64,000 bases of DNA from an uncultured Elusimicrobiaceae bacterium (GTDB lineage: Bacteria > Elusimicrobiota > Elusimicrobia > Elusimicrobiales > UBA9959): contig CAYQJX010000007.1 of the NCBI GenBank assembly GCA_964417965.1, positions 12,717 through 76,716 of the forward strand. The letters are read 5' to 3'. Positions 37,411 through 47,667 of this stretch are shown piece after piece. The notes below the pieces were generated by a model. It saw nothing but the letters and a program-made list of their open reading frames with translations. It was not told the DNA's origin and did no database searches. Position 1 is the stretch's first letter, and every line of letters begins with the position of its first letter. The translations under genes and the position numbers were made by a program.

Positions 37411-37421
37411 AATAGGATCCA

Positions 37422-38465
37422 ATGGGAATGTTCGACTATTTCTTCAGCCTGTTCTCGAACGATATCGGAATAGACCTCGGCACCGCGAACACCCTTGTCT
37501 ACGTTAAAGGCAAGGGGATCGTGCTGCGCGAGCCGTCCGTGGTCGCCATAGACAAGAACAGGCGGAAGGTGCTGGCGGTGGGCGCGGAGGCCAAGCTGAT
37601 GCTGGGCCGCACCCCGTCGAACATCACGGCCGTCAGGCCGCTGCGCAACGGGGTCATCGCCGACTTCGAAGTCACGCAGGAAATGATCAAGTATTTCATC
37701 CGCAAGGTGCACAACAGGCGCAGCCTGCTGCACCCCCGCATAGTGATAGGCATCCCTTCGGGCATCACCGAAGTGGAGAAGCGCGCGGTGCAGGAATCGG
37801 CCGAGCAGGCCGGCGCGCGCGAAGTGGCCCTGATAGAGGAGCCGATGGCGGCCGCCATAGGCTCGGACCTGCCGGTTTCGGAGCCGCACGCGAGCATGAT
37901 CTGCGACATAGGCGGCGGCACCACGGAAGTGGCGGTCATCTCCCTGGGCGGCATGGTGGTGGCGAAGTCCCTCGACGTGGCCGGCGACGAGATGGACGAC
38001 TGCATAGTGCAGTATTTCCGGCGCAAGCACAATTTAGTCATAGGCGAGACTACCGCGGAAGAGGTTAAGATACAGATCGGATCGGTTTTCCCTTTAAAAG
38101 AAGAAAAGACGATAGAGGTTAAGGGCAGGGACCAGGCCAAGGGGCTGCCCAAGACGATTCTTGTGACTTCTGAAGAGATAAGGCAGGCCCTCATGGAGCC
38201 TGTCCAGCTCATAGTGGACGTGATCAAGCAGGTGCTGGAAGAGACGCCGCCGGAACTTTCCTCGGACCTGGTGGACCGCGGAATGGTGCTGGCGGGAGGC
38301 GGGTCGCTGCTCCGCGGCTTCCCCGAGCTCATCCGGCAGGAAACTGAACTGCCCGTCCACAGGGCCGCCGATCCTTTAAGCTGTGTCGCCTTGGGCTGCG
38401 GTAAGTATCTTGAAGAACTTGACAAGATCCAGCAGAGGCCCGAATTCCTGAAGTCGTACCGCTGA
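37422..38465 (+). CDS. mreB: rod shape-determining protein MreB
   Basis: [13 protein letters not shown] and [16 protein letters not shown]. Confidence 0.97.
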   Translation: MGMFDYFFSLFSNDIGIDLGTANTLVYVKGKGIVLREPSVVAIDKNRRKVLAVGAEAKLMLGRTPSNITAVRPLRNGVIADFEVTQEMIKYFIRKVHNRRSLLHPRIVIGIPSGITEVEKRAVQESAEQAGAREVALIEEPMAAAIGSDLPVSEPHASMICDIGGGTTEVAVISLGGMVVAKSLDVAGDEMDDCIVQYFRRKHNLVIGETTAEEVKIQIGSVFPLKEEKTIEVKGRDQAKGLPKTILVTSEEIRQALMEPVQLIVDVIKQVLEETPPELSSDLVDRGMVLAGGGSLLRGFPELIRQETELPVHRAADPLSCVALGCGKYLEELDKIQQRPEFLKSYR

Positions 38466-38518
38466 CCTGCCCCCGGCAGGCGCGGTAGGCGTTTCAGGCG
38501 GGTCCCACAGGGACGGCG

Positions 38519-39376
38519 ATGAGCAGAGAAAAGGACGCAGCTAATTACGCGATAGTCTTTTTTGTCGCCCTTTCGGTAATCTTCCTTATATTCCCCGCAT
38601 CTAAAATTGCGCACACGGCCAGGATAGCCGTGAGCTACAGCCTTTACCCGTCCCTGCATTACGGGGCCAAGTACGGCCATTTTGTCCGCAACGTCCCCGC
38701 CAACTTCGTGGCCCTCCTGGAAACCGACCAGGAGAACCGGGGGCTCAAGGAGAAGGTCCGCGCGCTGGAGGTGAAGCTGCAGGAATCTTCCGCCATGACC
38801 TCGGAGAACGAGCGGCTGGCCCGCGAGATGCGCCTGTCGCGCATGCTGCCCTGGGCGGGCTCCTGGGCCAGGATAGTCAACAAGACGCCCGCCGACTGGT
38901 ACGGGTCTTTCTATATCGACAAAGGTTCGGAGCACGGCATCGCCGTCAACGACACCGTGCTCGGCATGCAGGACGACCGGGCGGGCCTGGCCGGCCGGGT
39001 GTTCGAGGTGTATCCTAAATTTTCCAAGGTGCTGCTGCTGACCAACAGCGCGGCCTCCGCGGTCTGCTCCATCGCGCCGTCCGGCATGCAGGCGCTGGTG
39101 GAGGGCAAGGGCACCTGGCTGCTGAAGGTGAACTACGTGCCCGAAGATTCCGAGATGGCCGAGGGCGCGGAGATCACCACCGCCCCCGGCGGCCTGCTGT
39201 TCCCGCCGGGCGTCTACGTGGGCAAGGTCCGCAAGGTCTACGCGCGGGAATCGTTCATGAATTTTATCACCGCCGACGTGGCCCCGGCGGTGAACGTAAA
39301 TACGCTCGAAGAAGTCTTCGTGCTGCGCCGCAACCTCCCCAGGGAACTGGCCGGGCCTCAGGAGGCCGCTAAATGA
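38519..39376 (+). CDS. mreC: rod shape-determining protein MreC
   Basis: N-terminal TM, coiled coil LKEKVRALEVKLQE, beta-rich C-terminus. Located between mreB and mreD. Confidence 0.85.
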   Translation: MSREKDAANYAIVFFVALSVIFLIFPASKIAHTARIAVSYSLYPSLHYGAKYGHFVRNVPANFVALLETDQENRGLKEKVRALEVKLQESSAMTSENERLAREMRLSRMLPWAGSWARIVNKTPADWYGSFYIDKGSEHGIAVNDTVLGMQDDRAGLAGRVFEVYPKFSKVLLLTNSAASAVCSIAPSGMQALVEGKGTWLLKVNYVPEDSEMAEGAEITTAPGGLLFPPGVYVGKVRKVYARESFMNFITADVAPAVNVNTLEEVFVLRRNLPRELAGPQEAAK

Positions 39377-39852
39377 GCCTGATCCTGGAACCCCTTCTTT
39401 ACCTGGCCTCCGGCGGTTTCTACTGGTGGTGGACGCAGAACCTCTCGTTCTTCGGGCTCGCGCCCAACCTGATCTTCGCGGCCGCCCTGAGCGCGGCTAT
39501 CCTGGCCGGCCCCGTAAAAGGCATCGCCTGGTGCTTCATGCTGGGGCTTTACGCGGACATGCTGGGCTCCGGGGTTTTCGGCGGCTGGGCGCTGGTCTAT
39601 TCCCTGATGGGCTACGTGGTCTACGTCATAAAGCGCCACTTCGACATGGCCAGCCCTTTCTCGCAGCTGGTGGCGGCGCTCGCGCTCTCGTGGGGCTGCC
39701 TTCTTTTTTACCAGGGGCTGAGCCTGGTCTTCGCCAGCATCAACCCCTCCGGCCTTAAAATTTTCCTGGTGGAACCTTTCCTGAACGCCCTGGCGGTGCC
39801 GGTGGTGTTCCAGGTCTTCTACTGGTTTAAACGGCGGTCCGGGATACTATGA
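39373..39852 (+). CDS. mreD: rod shape-determining protein MreD
   Basis: 159 aa polytopic membrane protein. ATGA overlaps with mreC and mrdA. Confidence 0.75.
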   Translation: MSLILEPLLYLASGGFYWWWTQNLSFFGLAPNLIFAAALSAAILAGPVKGIAWCFMLGLYADMLGSGVFGGWALVYSLMGYVVYVIKRHFDMASPFSQLVAALALSWGCLLFYQGLSLVFASINPSGLKIFLVEPFLNALAVPVVFQVFYWFKRRSGIL

Positions 39853-41678
39853 TAGACCGCCAGATCCCGCAGGAGCGCCTGGAACTGCTGTGGATCCTGG
39901 CCTACGGCGCGGCGCTCCTGTTCATCCTGCGCCTGGTGAACCTGCAGGTGCTTAACGCCGGGCACTACCGCGAGATCGCCGAAAAGAACCGCACCCAGAT
40001 CATCGCCCAGGCTTCCCCGCGCGGCCGCATCTTCTCTTCCGACGAGACGGCCATCGCCACCAGCAAGCCCTCCTTCAGCCTCATCTATTTCCCCGGCCAG
40101 ACCAGGACCAACGCGGAACTGGACCGCATGGCCCGGGCCCTGGCGCGCCCGCTCGGCGCCGAGTACGAGCCCCTGCGCAAGGCTATCTACCGCGCCGCCT
40201 CCAGGGAAAAGCCGGTGCGCCTGGCCGAGAACCTGCCGCCGAAGATAATGCTCTCCCTCTCCGAATTGAAGGCCGTGTATCCGGGCATAGACATCATCGT
40301 GGAGGCCCGGCGCTATTACCCGTTCGGACCCTACCTGAGCCACCTCGTCGGCTACATCGGCAAGATGGACTCAAAGGACTGGTCGGAGCTGTCCAGGGAC
40401 AAGAACTATTCCATGGACTCGCGCATCGGCAAAGCCGGGCTCGAAAAGATGTACGAGAAGGAACTGAAGGGCAAGGACGGGGGGATCTACCTGGAAGTGG
40501 ATTCCCGCGGCAAGCTCAACCGCGTGCTGGAGAGCCGCAAATGGGTGCCCGGCGCGGATATTTTTCTGACGATAGATTCAAAGGCGCAGGCCGCCGCCGA
40601 GGAAGGGCTCGCGAAGTCCAGCAGCGGCAAGGGCGCGGTGGTGGCGCTGGACCCGCGCACCGGCGCGGTGATAGCTTTCGCCTCGGCCCCGGACTACGAT
40701 CCCAACATGTTCGTCCTCTCCGGCTCGGAGCGGGAGGGCCTGCCCGCCGGCAAGATCCTGCCCGAGTTCAACGTGGCGCTGCAGGGCAGCTACCCGCCGG
40801 GGTCCATCTTCAAGATCGTCACCGCCGCCGCCCTGCTGGAATCCGGCCGGGTGTCGCCTTCGGAAAAATTTCATTGCCCCGGCTGGTACGACGCCGGCAG
40901 CCGCGTGTTCAAGTGCTGGGAGAAGCGCGGGCACGGCGACGTTTCGTTCATAGACGGCCTGGCCAAGTCCTGCGACGTTTACTTTTACCACACGGGCCAG
41001 CGGGCGGGCGCGCTGGCCATAGAGAAGTACTCCAGGGCTTTCCGCCTGGGGCAGCCCTCCGGCATAGCCCTGCCAGAAGAAAAAAACGGCAACGTGTTCG
41101 GCCCCAGCGGCCGGGCCGCCAAGAAAAGTTACTGGTTCATCGGCGACACGCTTAACCTTGCCATAGGCCAGGGCGAGACGCTGATGACCCCGATGCAGGC
41201 CGCCGGAGAGATCGCCGCGGTGGCCAACGGCGGGATCTTTCACAAACCTTACTACGTGGACCGCATCGTCCGCAGCGACGGGCAGTTTCTCTACCGGGGC
41301 CGTTCCCTGGTGATAAGCTCCGTGCAGCTCAAAACTTCTACCTGGGCGCTGATCCGCGAGGGCCTGCGCAGCGTGGTGTCGGCAGGCACCGGCCAGGCCG
41401 CCAAGATCCAGGGCGCCGAGATCTACGGCAAGACCGGCACCGCCCAGAACCCGCAGGGCAAGGACCACGCCTGGTTCGTCGCCTACGCTACGGTGGGCGA
41501 CCAGCCCTCGAGGATAGCTGTGGCCGTACTGGTGGAACACGGAGAGCACGGGTCTTCGGCCGCCGCCCCGATAGCCAAGGCCGTGATAGAGGCCGCGCTG
41601 CGCTCCGACCTCTCCCCCAAAAAGGCCCCGCAGGAACAGCCCGTCTCCACCGTGACCGCGCAGGGGGAGCTTATATGA
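39849..41678 (+). CDS. mrdA: penicillin-binding protein 2 (elongasome transpeptidase)
   Basis: SxxK (GSIFK), SxN-like KSCD and KTG (GKTGTA). Confidence 0.93.
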   Translation: MIDRQIPQERLELLWILAYGAALLFILRLVNLQVLNAGHYREIAEKNRTQIIAQASPRGRIFSSDETAIATSKPSFSLIYFPGQTRTNAELDRMARALARPLGAEYEPLRKAIYRAASREKPVRLAENLPPKIMLSLSELKAVYPGIDIIVEARRYYPFGPYLSHLVGYIGKMDSKDWSELSRDKNYSMDSRIGKAGLEKMYEKELKGKDGGIYLEVDSRGKLNRVLESRKWVPGADIFLTIDSKAQAAAEEGLAKSSSGKGAVVALDPRTGAVIAFASAPDYDPNMFVLSGSEREGLPAGKILPEFNVALQGSYPPGSIFKIVTAAALLESGRVSPSEKFHCPGWYDAGSRVFKCWEKRGHGDVSFIDGLAKSCDVYFYHTGQRAGALAIEKYSRAFRLGQPSGIALPEEKNGNVFGPSGRAAKKSYWFIGDTLNLAIGQGETLMTPMQAAGEIAAVANGGIFHKPYYVDRIVRSDGQFLYRGRSLVISSVQLKTSTWALIREGLRSVVSAGTGQAAKIQGAEIYGKTGTAQNPQGKDHAWFVAYATVGDQPSRIAVAVLVEHGEHGSSAAAPIAKAVIEAALRSDLSPKKAPQEQPVSTVTAQGELI

Positions 41679-43015
41679 TCTTGACGCCCCAGGGCGGGCT
41701 GAAGAAGAGCCGCATGGACTGGGTCCTCTTCCTGGGCGTGCTGCTGCTGCTGGCCATCGGCACCATCGCCGTGCTCTCCTCCGTGGCCGTGCTGCCTAAC
41801 CAGGCCCGCATCGTGCGCGTGCAGTTCATGGCCATCCCTCTGGGCCTGCTCGCCTTCGCCGCGGCCTGGAGCCTCAATTACCAGATCTACCAGGACCAGT
41901 GGAAATGGGTCTACGGCATCCTGCTGGTCTTCCTCGCCGGGGTGCTGCTCTTCGGGGTGGTGGACAAGGGCGCCCGCTCGTGGTACCGCCTGCCGTTCTT
42001 TTCCATCCAGCCTTCGGAGTTCGCCCGCGTCGGGCTGATCCTGGTGCTGGCCAATTTCCTGGACAAGCGCATCGGCAAGATCAAGGAGCTGCAGACCGTG
42101 CTCGGCGCCTTCGCGCTGTGCGTGCCGGTGTTCCTGCTGCTCATCAAGCAGCCGGACTTCTCCGCCATCCTGATCACTTTCCCCGTGGCGCTCATCATGC
42201 TCTTCGCCTCCGGCGCCAGCGTCTTCCACCTGTCCATCATCCTGGGCTACGCTTTCATCTCGGCCCTGTTCCCGGTGCTGTGGAGCGTGATAACGCTGAA
42301 CCCGGAACTGCTGGACAACGGGCTGGTGGATTATTTCTTCCGCCTTTCCGATTCCGGCTGGAGCGCGGCCTCGTTCGTAGGGCTGACCGCAGCCGGGGCC
42401 TGGGCTCTGTGGCGGCTGTCGGTTAAGCTTTACGCCAACGTCACCGGCGTCTACTTCGCCGGCGCGGCGCTGGTGCTGATCCTGGGGTTCTTCTCCGGGG
42501 TCATGGTGAAGAACCAGATGAAAGATTACCAGCAGAAGCGGCTGGAGGTGTTCCTCTCCCCGGAAACCGACCCGCGCGGCGCCGGCTACAACCTGCTGCA
42601 GGCGCGCATCGCCATAGGCTCCGGCGGCATACTGGGCCGCGGCGTCTTTTCCGGCACGCAGTCGCGGCTCGGTTTCGTGCCCGAGCGGCACACCGACTTC
42701 ATCCTCGCGGTAGTCGGAGAAGAGATGGGTTTCTGGGGGATGCTGCTGGTCACCGGGCTGTACGTGCTGGTGATGGGCCGGATCATGCAGGGGGCCCGCC
42801 TGGCGCGGGACCGGTTCGGCTACCTGGTCAACTGCGGCATCTTCGCGATGTTCCTGGTCTATTTCTGCATAAATTTCGGCATGCTGCTGGGGCTCGCCCC
42901 GGTGGCCGGCGTGCCGCTGCCGCTGGTTTCCTACGGCGGCTCCAACCTGGTGGCCACGCTGATGGCCATAGGCATAGCGGAGTCGGTCTACGCGAGAAGG
43001 TACGCGCTGGTTTAA
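41675..43015 (+). CDS. rodA: peptidoglycan glycosyltransferase RodA (SEDS family)
   Basis: FtsW/RodA profile with PSEFARV, TDFILAVVGEE and PLPLVSYGGS. Confidence 0.93.
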   Translation: MILTPQGGLKKSRMDWVLFLGVLLLLAIGTIAVLSSVAVLPNQARIVRVQFMAIPLGLLAFAAAWSLNYQIYQDQWKWVYGILLVFLAGVLLFGVVDKGARSWYRLPFFSIQPSEFARVGLILVLANFLDKRIGKIKELQTVLGAFALCVPVFLLLIKQPDFSAILITFPVALIMLFASGASVFHLSIILGYAFISALFPVLWSVITLNPELLDNGLVDYFFRLSDSGWSAASFVGLTAAGAWALWRLSVKLYANVTGVYFAGAALVLILGFFSGVMVKNQMKDYQQKRLEVFLSPETDPRGAGYNLLQARIAIGSGGILGRGVFSGTQSRLGFVPERHTDFILAVVGEEMGFWGMLLVTGLYVLVMGRIMQGARLARDRFGYLVNCGIFAMFLVYFCINFGMLLGLAPVAGVPLPLVSYGGSNLVATLMAIGIAESVYARRYALV

Positions 43016-43017
43016 CT

Positions 43018-43695
43018 ATGAACGAAGGCCCCAAGTCACGCATCAGGCTCAAGTTCGCCCGGCTGGCCCCGGCGAAAGAGATGAGCCATCTGGAACAGAT
43101 AAAGGCGCTGCGCTCCCGCGCGGCCGCCTGCGGCCTGAAGTTCTGGCCGGCCAAAGCGGGGGGGGCGGCCGTCCCCAAGATGGCTTTCGGGCCGGCAGTC
43201 TCGGTGGGGCACGAGAGCCTGTGCGAGTACGCCGACCTCTACCTGGAGGAGTTCGCCAGGGAGGAGGAGGCGGCCGACAGCCTGCGCCGCCTCGACGACG
43301 TTAATTTCCGCCTGGTCTCGGCGCGCCGCATCCCGGTTTTCTTCCCGTCCATAGAGGCGGCGGTGAACGCGGCGGAATATTTTCTGGAGGGGGAGTTCCC
43401 GGCCTCCTTCGGGCAGCAGGCGGTAGACGCCTTCATGGCGCTCAAAAGGCTGGACTGGGAGAAGGTCAAACCTTCCGGGGAACGCAAGACGCTGGACGCG
43501 CGCGCGCCGGTGCTGTCGGCCTCTTTTGACGCGGCGTCCTCGCTGTTCAAGGAGACGCTGCGGCTGGTCCCGGGCAAGAACGTAAAACCCGAGACCGTGG
43601 CGGAGCTGATGTGCGGCGGGAAGCCGGTTTTCAGGCGGATAGTCAGGAAAGAGCTTTACTGGTTCGACTCCAGCGGCAAGCTGGAAGTATTCTAG
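43018..43695 (+). CDS. DUF2344 (TIGR03936-like) radical-SAM-associated protein
   Basis: RLKFARLAPAKEMSHLEQIKAL...PKMAFGPAVSVGHESLCEYADLYL matches the DUF2344 pattern. In the typical position upstream of rng. Confidence 0.65.
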   Translation: MNEGPKSRIRLKFARLAPAKEMSHLEQIKALRSRAAACGLKFWPAKAGGAAVPKMAFGPAVSVGHESLCEYADLYLEEFAREEEAADSLRRLDDVNFRLVSARRIPVFFPSIEAAVNAAEYFLEGEFPASFGQQAVDAFMALKRLDWEKVKPSGERKTLDARAPVLSASFDAASSLFKETLRLVPGKNVKPETVAELMCGGKPVFRRIVRKELYWFDSSGKLEVF

Positions 43696-43720
43696 AAAGA
43701 AAGGTTTTAAGGAGAGGCAT

Positions 43721-45169
43721 ATGGCAAACGCAAAGTTTAAGAAGGAAATATTCGCGAACACCTCGTTCGAGGAGACGCGCATAGCGATCCTGGAGGACGG
43801 CAAGCTCAGCGAGCTGTTCTGGGAGCGCCGGAGCTCCGGCAACATCGTGGGCAACATCTACAAGGCCGTCGTCGAGAACGTGCTGCCCGGCATTTCGAGC
43901 GCGTTCATGAACATCGGCCTCGACAAGAACGCCTATATCTACATTTCCGACGTGCTCGGCAACCAGAAGGAGCCCATCGACAAGCTGCTCCGGAAGGACC
44001 AGGAAGTGATGGTGCAGGTCACCAAGGACGCCATCAGCACGAAGGGCATGAAGGTGACCATGGACGTCTCCCTGCCCGGGCGCTACCTGGTGCTGACCCC
44101 GTTCCAGGATTTCGTGGGCGTGTCCAAGAGCATAGAGGACGACGCCGAGCGCAAGCGCCTCTCGGAGATCATGCGCAAGATCGCCGATTCTAAAATGCTG
44201 GGCACAAAAGGCTGCATCGTGCGCACCGAGGCCGAGGGGGCCAGCGAGGCCGAGCTCAAACGCGAGGTGGAGTACCTGCTCAAGATGTGGGACACCATCC
44301 AGGCCCGCTACGACACCTCCCGCCCGCCGGCGCTGCTGCACAAGGACATGGACATGACCATGCAGGTCGCGCGCGACATCCTCTCCGAGGACACCACGAT
44401 CTACATGCTCGACAACAAGGACGACTTCCATAACGTACAGGAATTCGCCGCCAAGATCTCCCCGGACCTCAAGGACAAGATCAAGTTCTACGACAGCAAG
44501 ACCCCGGTCTTCAAGGCCTTCAACATAGAGAAGGACATAGACGAACTGCGCCGGGTGAAGGTGCCGCTCCCTAACGGGGGCTCCATCATCATCCAGGAGG
44601 CGGAGTCGCTCTGCGCGATAGACGTCAACACCGGCCGTTTCACCGGCAACAAGTCGCAGGAAGAGACCGTGACCGCGACCAACATAGAGGCCGCGGGCGA
44701 GGTGGCCCGCCAGCTGCGCCTGCGCAACATCGGCGGCATCATCGTCATCGACTTCATAGACATGAAGAAGGCTTCCAACCGGCACAAGGTGGTGCAGGCG
44801 CTCGAGGGGGCCGTCTCCCGCGACCGCGCCAAGATCCGCATCCTGCCGATCACCCGCCTGGGCCTGGTGGAGATGACCCGCGAGCGCAAACGCGTCAGCA
44901 CGGTGAGCCTGCTCACCGAGGAATGCCCGGAATGCCACGGCTGCGGCCGCGTGCTCTCCAGCGAGAGCATCCGCATCAAGATCCAGCGCGAGATCCACAA
45001 TATCACCATGGGCCGCCCCGGCGGCAACCTGCGCATCGTGACGCATCCGATCCTGGCCGAGGTGCTTAAGAAGAAGCTGTCCATGATCGAGAAGAACGTG
45101 CACCGCGCGGTGAAGATCTCGGCCGACCCCCAGCTGACCTGGGAGGACTACCGGATCGTGCTGGAGTAG
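43721..45169 (+). CDS. rng: Rne/Rng family ribonuclease (RNase G-like)
   Basis: S1 domain GNIYKAVVENVLPG, AIDVNTGRF, and Zn-link CPECHGCG. Confidence 0.85.
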   Translation: MANAKFKKEIFANTSFEETRIAILEDGKLSELFWERRSSGNIVGNIYKAVVENVLPGISSAFMNIGLDKNAYIYISDVLGNQKEPIDKLLRKDQEVMVQVTKDAISTKGMKVTMDVSLPGRYLVLTPFQDFVGVSKSIEDDAERKRLSEIMRKIADSKMLGTKGCIVRTEAEGASEAELKREVEYLLKMWDTIQARYDTSRPPALLHKDMDMTMQVARDILSEDTTIYMLDNKDDFHNVQEFAAKISPDLKDKIKFYDSKTPVFKAFNIEKDIDELRRVKVPLPNGGSIIIQEAESLCAIDVNTGRFTGNKSQEETVTATNIEAAGEVARQLRLRNIGGIIVIDFIDMKKASNRHKVVQALEGAVSRDRAKIRILPITRLGLVEMTRERKRVSTVSLLTEECPECHGCGRVLSSESIRIKIQREIHNITMGRPGGNLRIVTHPILAEVLKKKLSMIEKNVHRAVKISADPQLTWEDYRIVLE

Positions 45170-45203
45170 CAGCCAAGTTTGCTATAAATTAGAGAGGCCT
45201 CAT

Positions 45204-46787
45204 ATGCTCAAACGCTTATCGGTATTCCTGCTGCTGGCGGCGCTGGCCGCGCCGCTGCAGGCCAGGGTGGACCAGGTGACCTACCTGAAGAACGGGGTCT
45301 ATTCCGGCAAGATCAACACCTACAGCCTGAGCGGGAAGACCTACCTGAACGCCGCGGAGGCCGCCAAGCTCATCGGCGGCAAGATCTACTGGTACCCCGT
45401 GTCCGGCAAGCTGCTGCTGCAGATCAAGGGCAACAAGGTCGTCTTCTTCATGAAGTCCGACTCGGTGATGATCAACGACGAGAAGGAGGAGTTCCCCAAC
45501 CCGCTCATCGTGCGCGGCGGCAAAGCCTTCCTGGCGCTGGACTTCTTCATCTCCAGGCATTTCGCCGACGCCTTCGGCTTCCGGCTGGATTACAACCAGA
45601 ATACCGGCGCGCTGGCCGCGCAGCGCGAGGTCAACATCACCTCGGTGAATTTCTTCTCCTACCAGGACAAGACCCGCATCGTGGTCTACATGGAGGAGCC
45701 CCTGGAGTGGCAGGCCTCGCAGAAAGAGAACAACCTCTACAGGGTCACCATCATGGGCGGCGTGATAGGCGGGGAGGAGAAGCTCAACATCGGCGACGGC
45801 GTGGTCCGCAACGTGGACATGATCCAGGAGAACAAGATGGCCCGCCTGGTCATCAACCCGGACGACAATTTCGGCAGCGTCAACGTGTTCCGGCTGTCGG
45901 ACCCCGACCGGCTGGTGCTCGACGTGTCCAAGCTTAAGAGCAGCATCCAGCAGGGCATAGGCGCCCTCTCTCCGGCCGCCGGCGCCGAAGACGCCAGGAT
46001 CATCGCTCCTTCCGGCGGGTTCGAGCTGGCCGCGGCCAGCGCCGCGGTGGCCGCTTCCACGATGGCCGCCCCGAACATCCCGGATAAGATGACGGTGGAG
46101 GCCTCCGGCCGCAAGAAGATAGTTATCGACGCCGGCCACGGCGGCAAGGACCCGGGCGGCAAAAAACTTTTCGGCTACAAGGAGAAGGAGCTTAACCTCC
46201 TGGTGGCCAAGGAGCTCTACGAGCAGCTCAAGGGCGAGGAAATGTTCGACGTGCTGCTGACGCGGGGCGCGGACGAGTTCGTCCCGCTGGCGGACCGCTC
46301 TATCGTAGCCAATAATTTCAAGGCCGATATCTTCATCTCCATCCACGCCAACGCTTCCCGCGACCGCAGGGAGAAGGGCTTCGAGATCTATTTCATGTCG
46401 GAGAAGGCTTCCGACCCCTGGGCGGCCGAAGTGGCCGACTACGAAAACTCCGTGGTCGGGCTGGAGGACGGCTCCGTGCAGTCCGACCCTACCGCGATGC
46501 TGCTGCATTCGATGGCCCGCAACGAATACCTCAACGAAGGCAGCCGCCTGGCCGGCCTGGTGACCGCGGAGATGGAGCGGCGCACGCCGTTCGCCAACCG
46601 CGGCGTGAAGCAGGCCGCTTTCTACGTGCTGCGGGGGACCTATTCCCCCGGCATCCTGGTGGAAATGGGTTTCATGACCAACTCCCACGACCAGAAGAAC
46701 ATGAACGACAAGAAGGTCCGCGCCAAGATCGCGGCCTCCGTCCATAAGGGCATACTGAAATATGCGGAGATGAAGGGCTGGAAATAA
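45204..46787 (+). CDS. N-acetylmuramoyl-L-alanine amidase (Amidase_3) with N-terminal targeting domains
   Basis: IVIDAGHGGKDPG, FISIHANA and GILVEMGFMTN. AMIN-like repeat (RIVVYMEEP...RLVLDV). Signal peptide. Confidence 0.9.
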   Translation: MLKRLSVFLLLAALAAPLQARVDQVTYLKNGVYSGKINTYSLSGKTYLNAAEAAKLIGGKIYWYPVSGKLLLQIKGNKVVFFMKSDSVMINDEKEEFPNPLIVRGGKAFLALDFFISRHFADAFGFRLDYNQNTGALAAQREVNITSVNFFSYQDKTRIVVYMEEPLEWQASQKENNLYRVTIMGGVIGGEEKLNIGDGVVRNVDMIQENKMARLVINPDDNFGSVNVFRLSDPDRLVLDVSKLKSSIQQGIGALSPAAGAEDARIIAPSGGFELAAASAAVAASTMAAPNIPDKMTVEASGRKKIVIDAGHGGKDPGGKKLFGYKEKELNLLVAKELYEQLKGEEMFDVLLTRGADEFVPLADRSIVANNFKADIFISIHANASRDRREKGFEIYFMSEKASDPWAAEVADYENSVVGLEDGSVQSDPTAMLLHSMARNEYLNEGSRLAGLVTAEMERRTPFANRGVKQAAFYVLRGTYSPGILVEMGFMTNSHDQKNMNDKKVRAKIAASVHKGILKYAEMKGWK

Positions 46788-46812
46788 CTGGGGACACACA
46801 TTCCTAACTTCT

Positions 46813-47667
46813 ATGCGAAGAAAGACTGAACCATTGAAAAAGGCTGAAGTTAGGAATGTATGTCCCCGTCCTGCTCAGCGCCCGATAGGCATCTTCGACT
46901 CGGGGCTGGGCGGGCTGACGGTCTTCAAGGAGCTCCGCCGGCTGCTGCCCGGGGAGAACCTGATCTATTTCGGCGACACGGCGCGGGTCCCTTACGGTAC
47001 CAAGTCCCCGGAGGCCGTGGTGGCGTTCTCCCGGGAGATTGCGCAATTCCTCTTCGAGAAAAAAATAAAGCTGCTGGTGGTGGCCTGCAATACCGCCTCG
47101 TCGCTGGCGCTGGAAGCGGTGAAGCGCGCCTCGCCCGTGCCGGTGATGGGCGTGATCGTCCCCGGCGTGGAAGCCGCGCTGGCGGCCGCCCCGCGCGGCG
47201 GGCGTATCCTGGTTATCGGTACCGCCGCCACGGTTAAAAGCCGGGCCTATTCCAGGGCGCTGGCCGCGGCCCGTTCCGGGGCCCGCGTAACGGAGAAGGC
47301 CTGCCCGCTGTTCGTCCCGCTGGTGGAGGAGGGCTGGTGCGCCAAGCCCCTGGCCGCCGCGGTGGCCCGCGAGTACCTGGCCCCTTTCCGCAAGAAGAAG
47401 ATAGACGCCCTGATCCTGGGCTGCACCCATTACCCGCTGTTGAAAAGCGTGATCGCCGGGGTGATGGGGCCCGGCACCAAAATAGTGGACTCTGCCCGGG
47501 TGGCGGCGCTGGGCGCCAGGGCCGAACTGGCGGCCCGCGGCCTGCTGAATCCCGCGCGGCGCGGCCGGTCCGAGTTCATCGTCAGCGACGCTCCGGAAAA
47601 GTTTTCTTCGCTCGCCGGCCGCCTGCTCGGCATAAAAACAGGCAAAGTTGCCGTCAAAAGGTTTTAA
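46813..47667 (+). CDS. murI: glutamate racemase
   Basis: IGIFDSGLGGLTV, VVACNTAS and LGCTHYP. Confidence 0.93.
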   Translation: MRRKTEPLKKAEVRNVCPRPAQRPIGIFDSGLGGLTVFKELRRLLPGENLIYFGDTARVPYGTKSPEAVVAFSREIAQFLFEKKIKLLVVACNTASSLALEAVKRASPVPVMGVIVPGVEAALAAAPRGGRILVIGTAATVKSRAYSRALAAARSGARVTEKACPLFVPLVEEGWCAKPLAAAVAREYLAPFRKKKIDALILGCTHYPLLKSVIAGVMGPGTKIVDSARVAALGARAELAARGLLNPARRGRSEFIVSDAPEKFSSLAGRLLGIKTGKVAVKRF

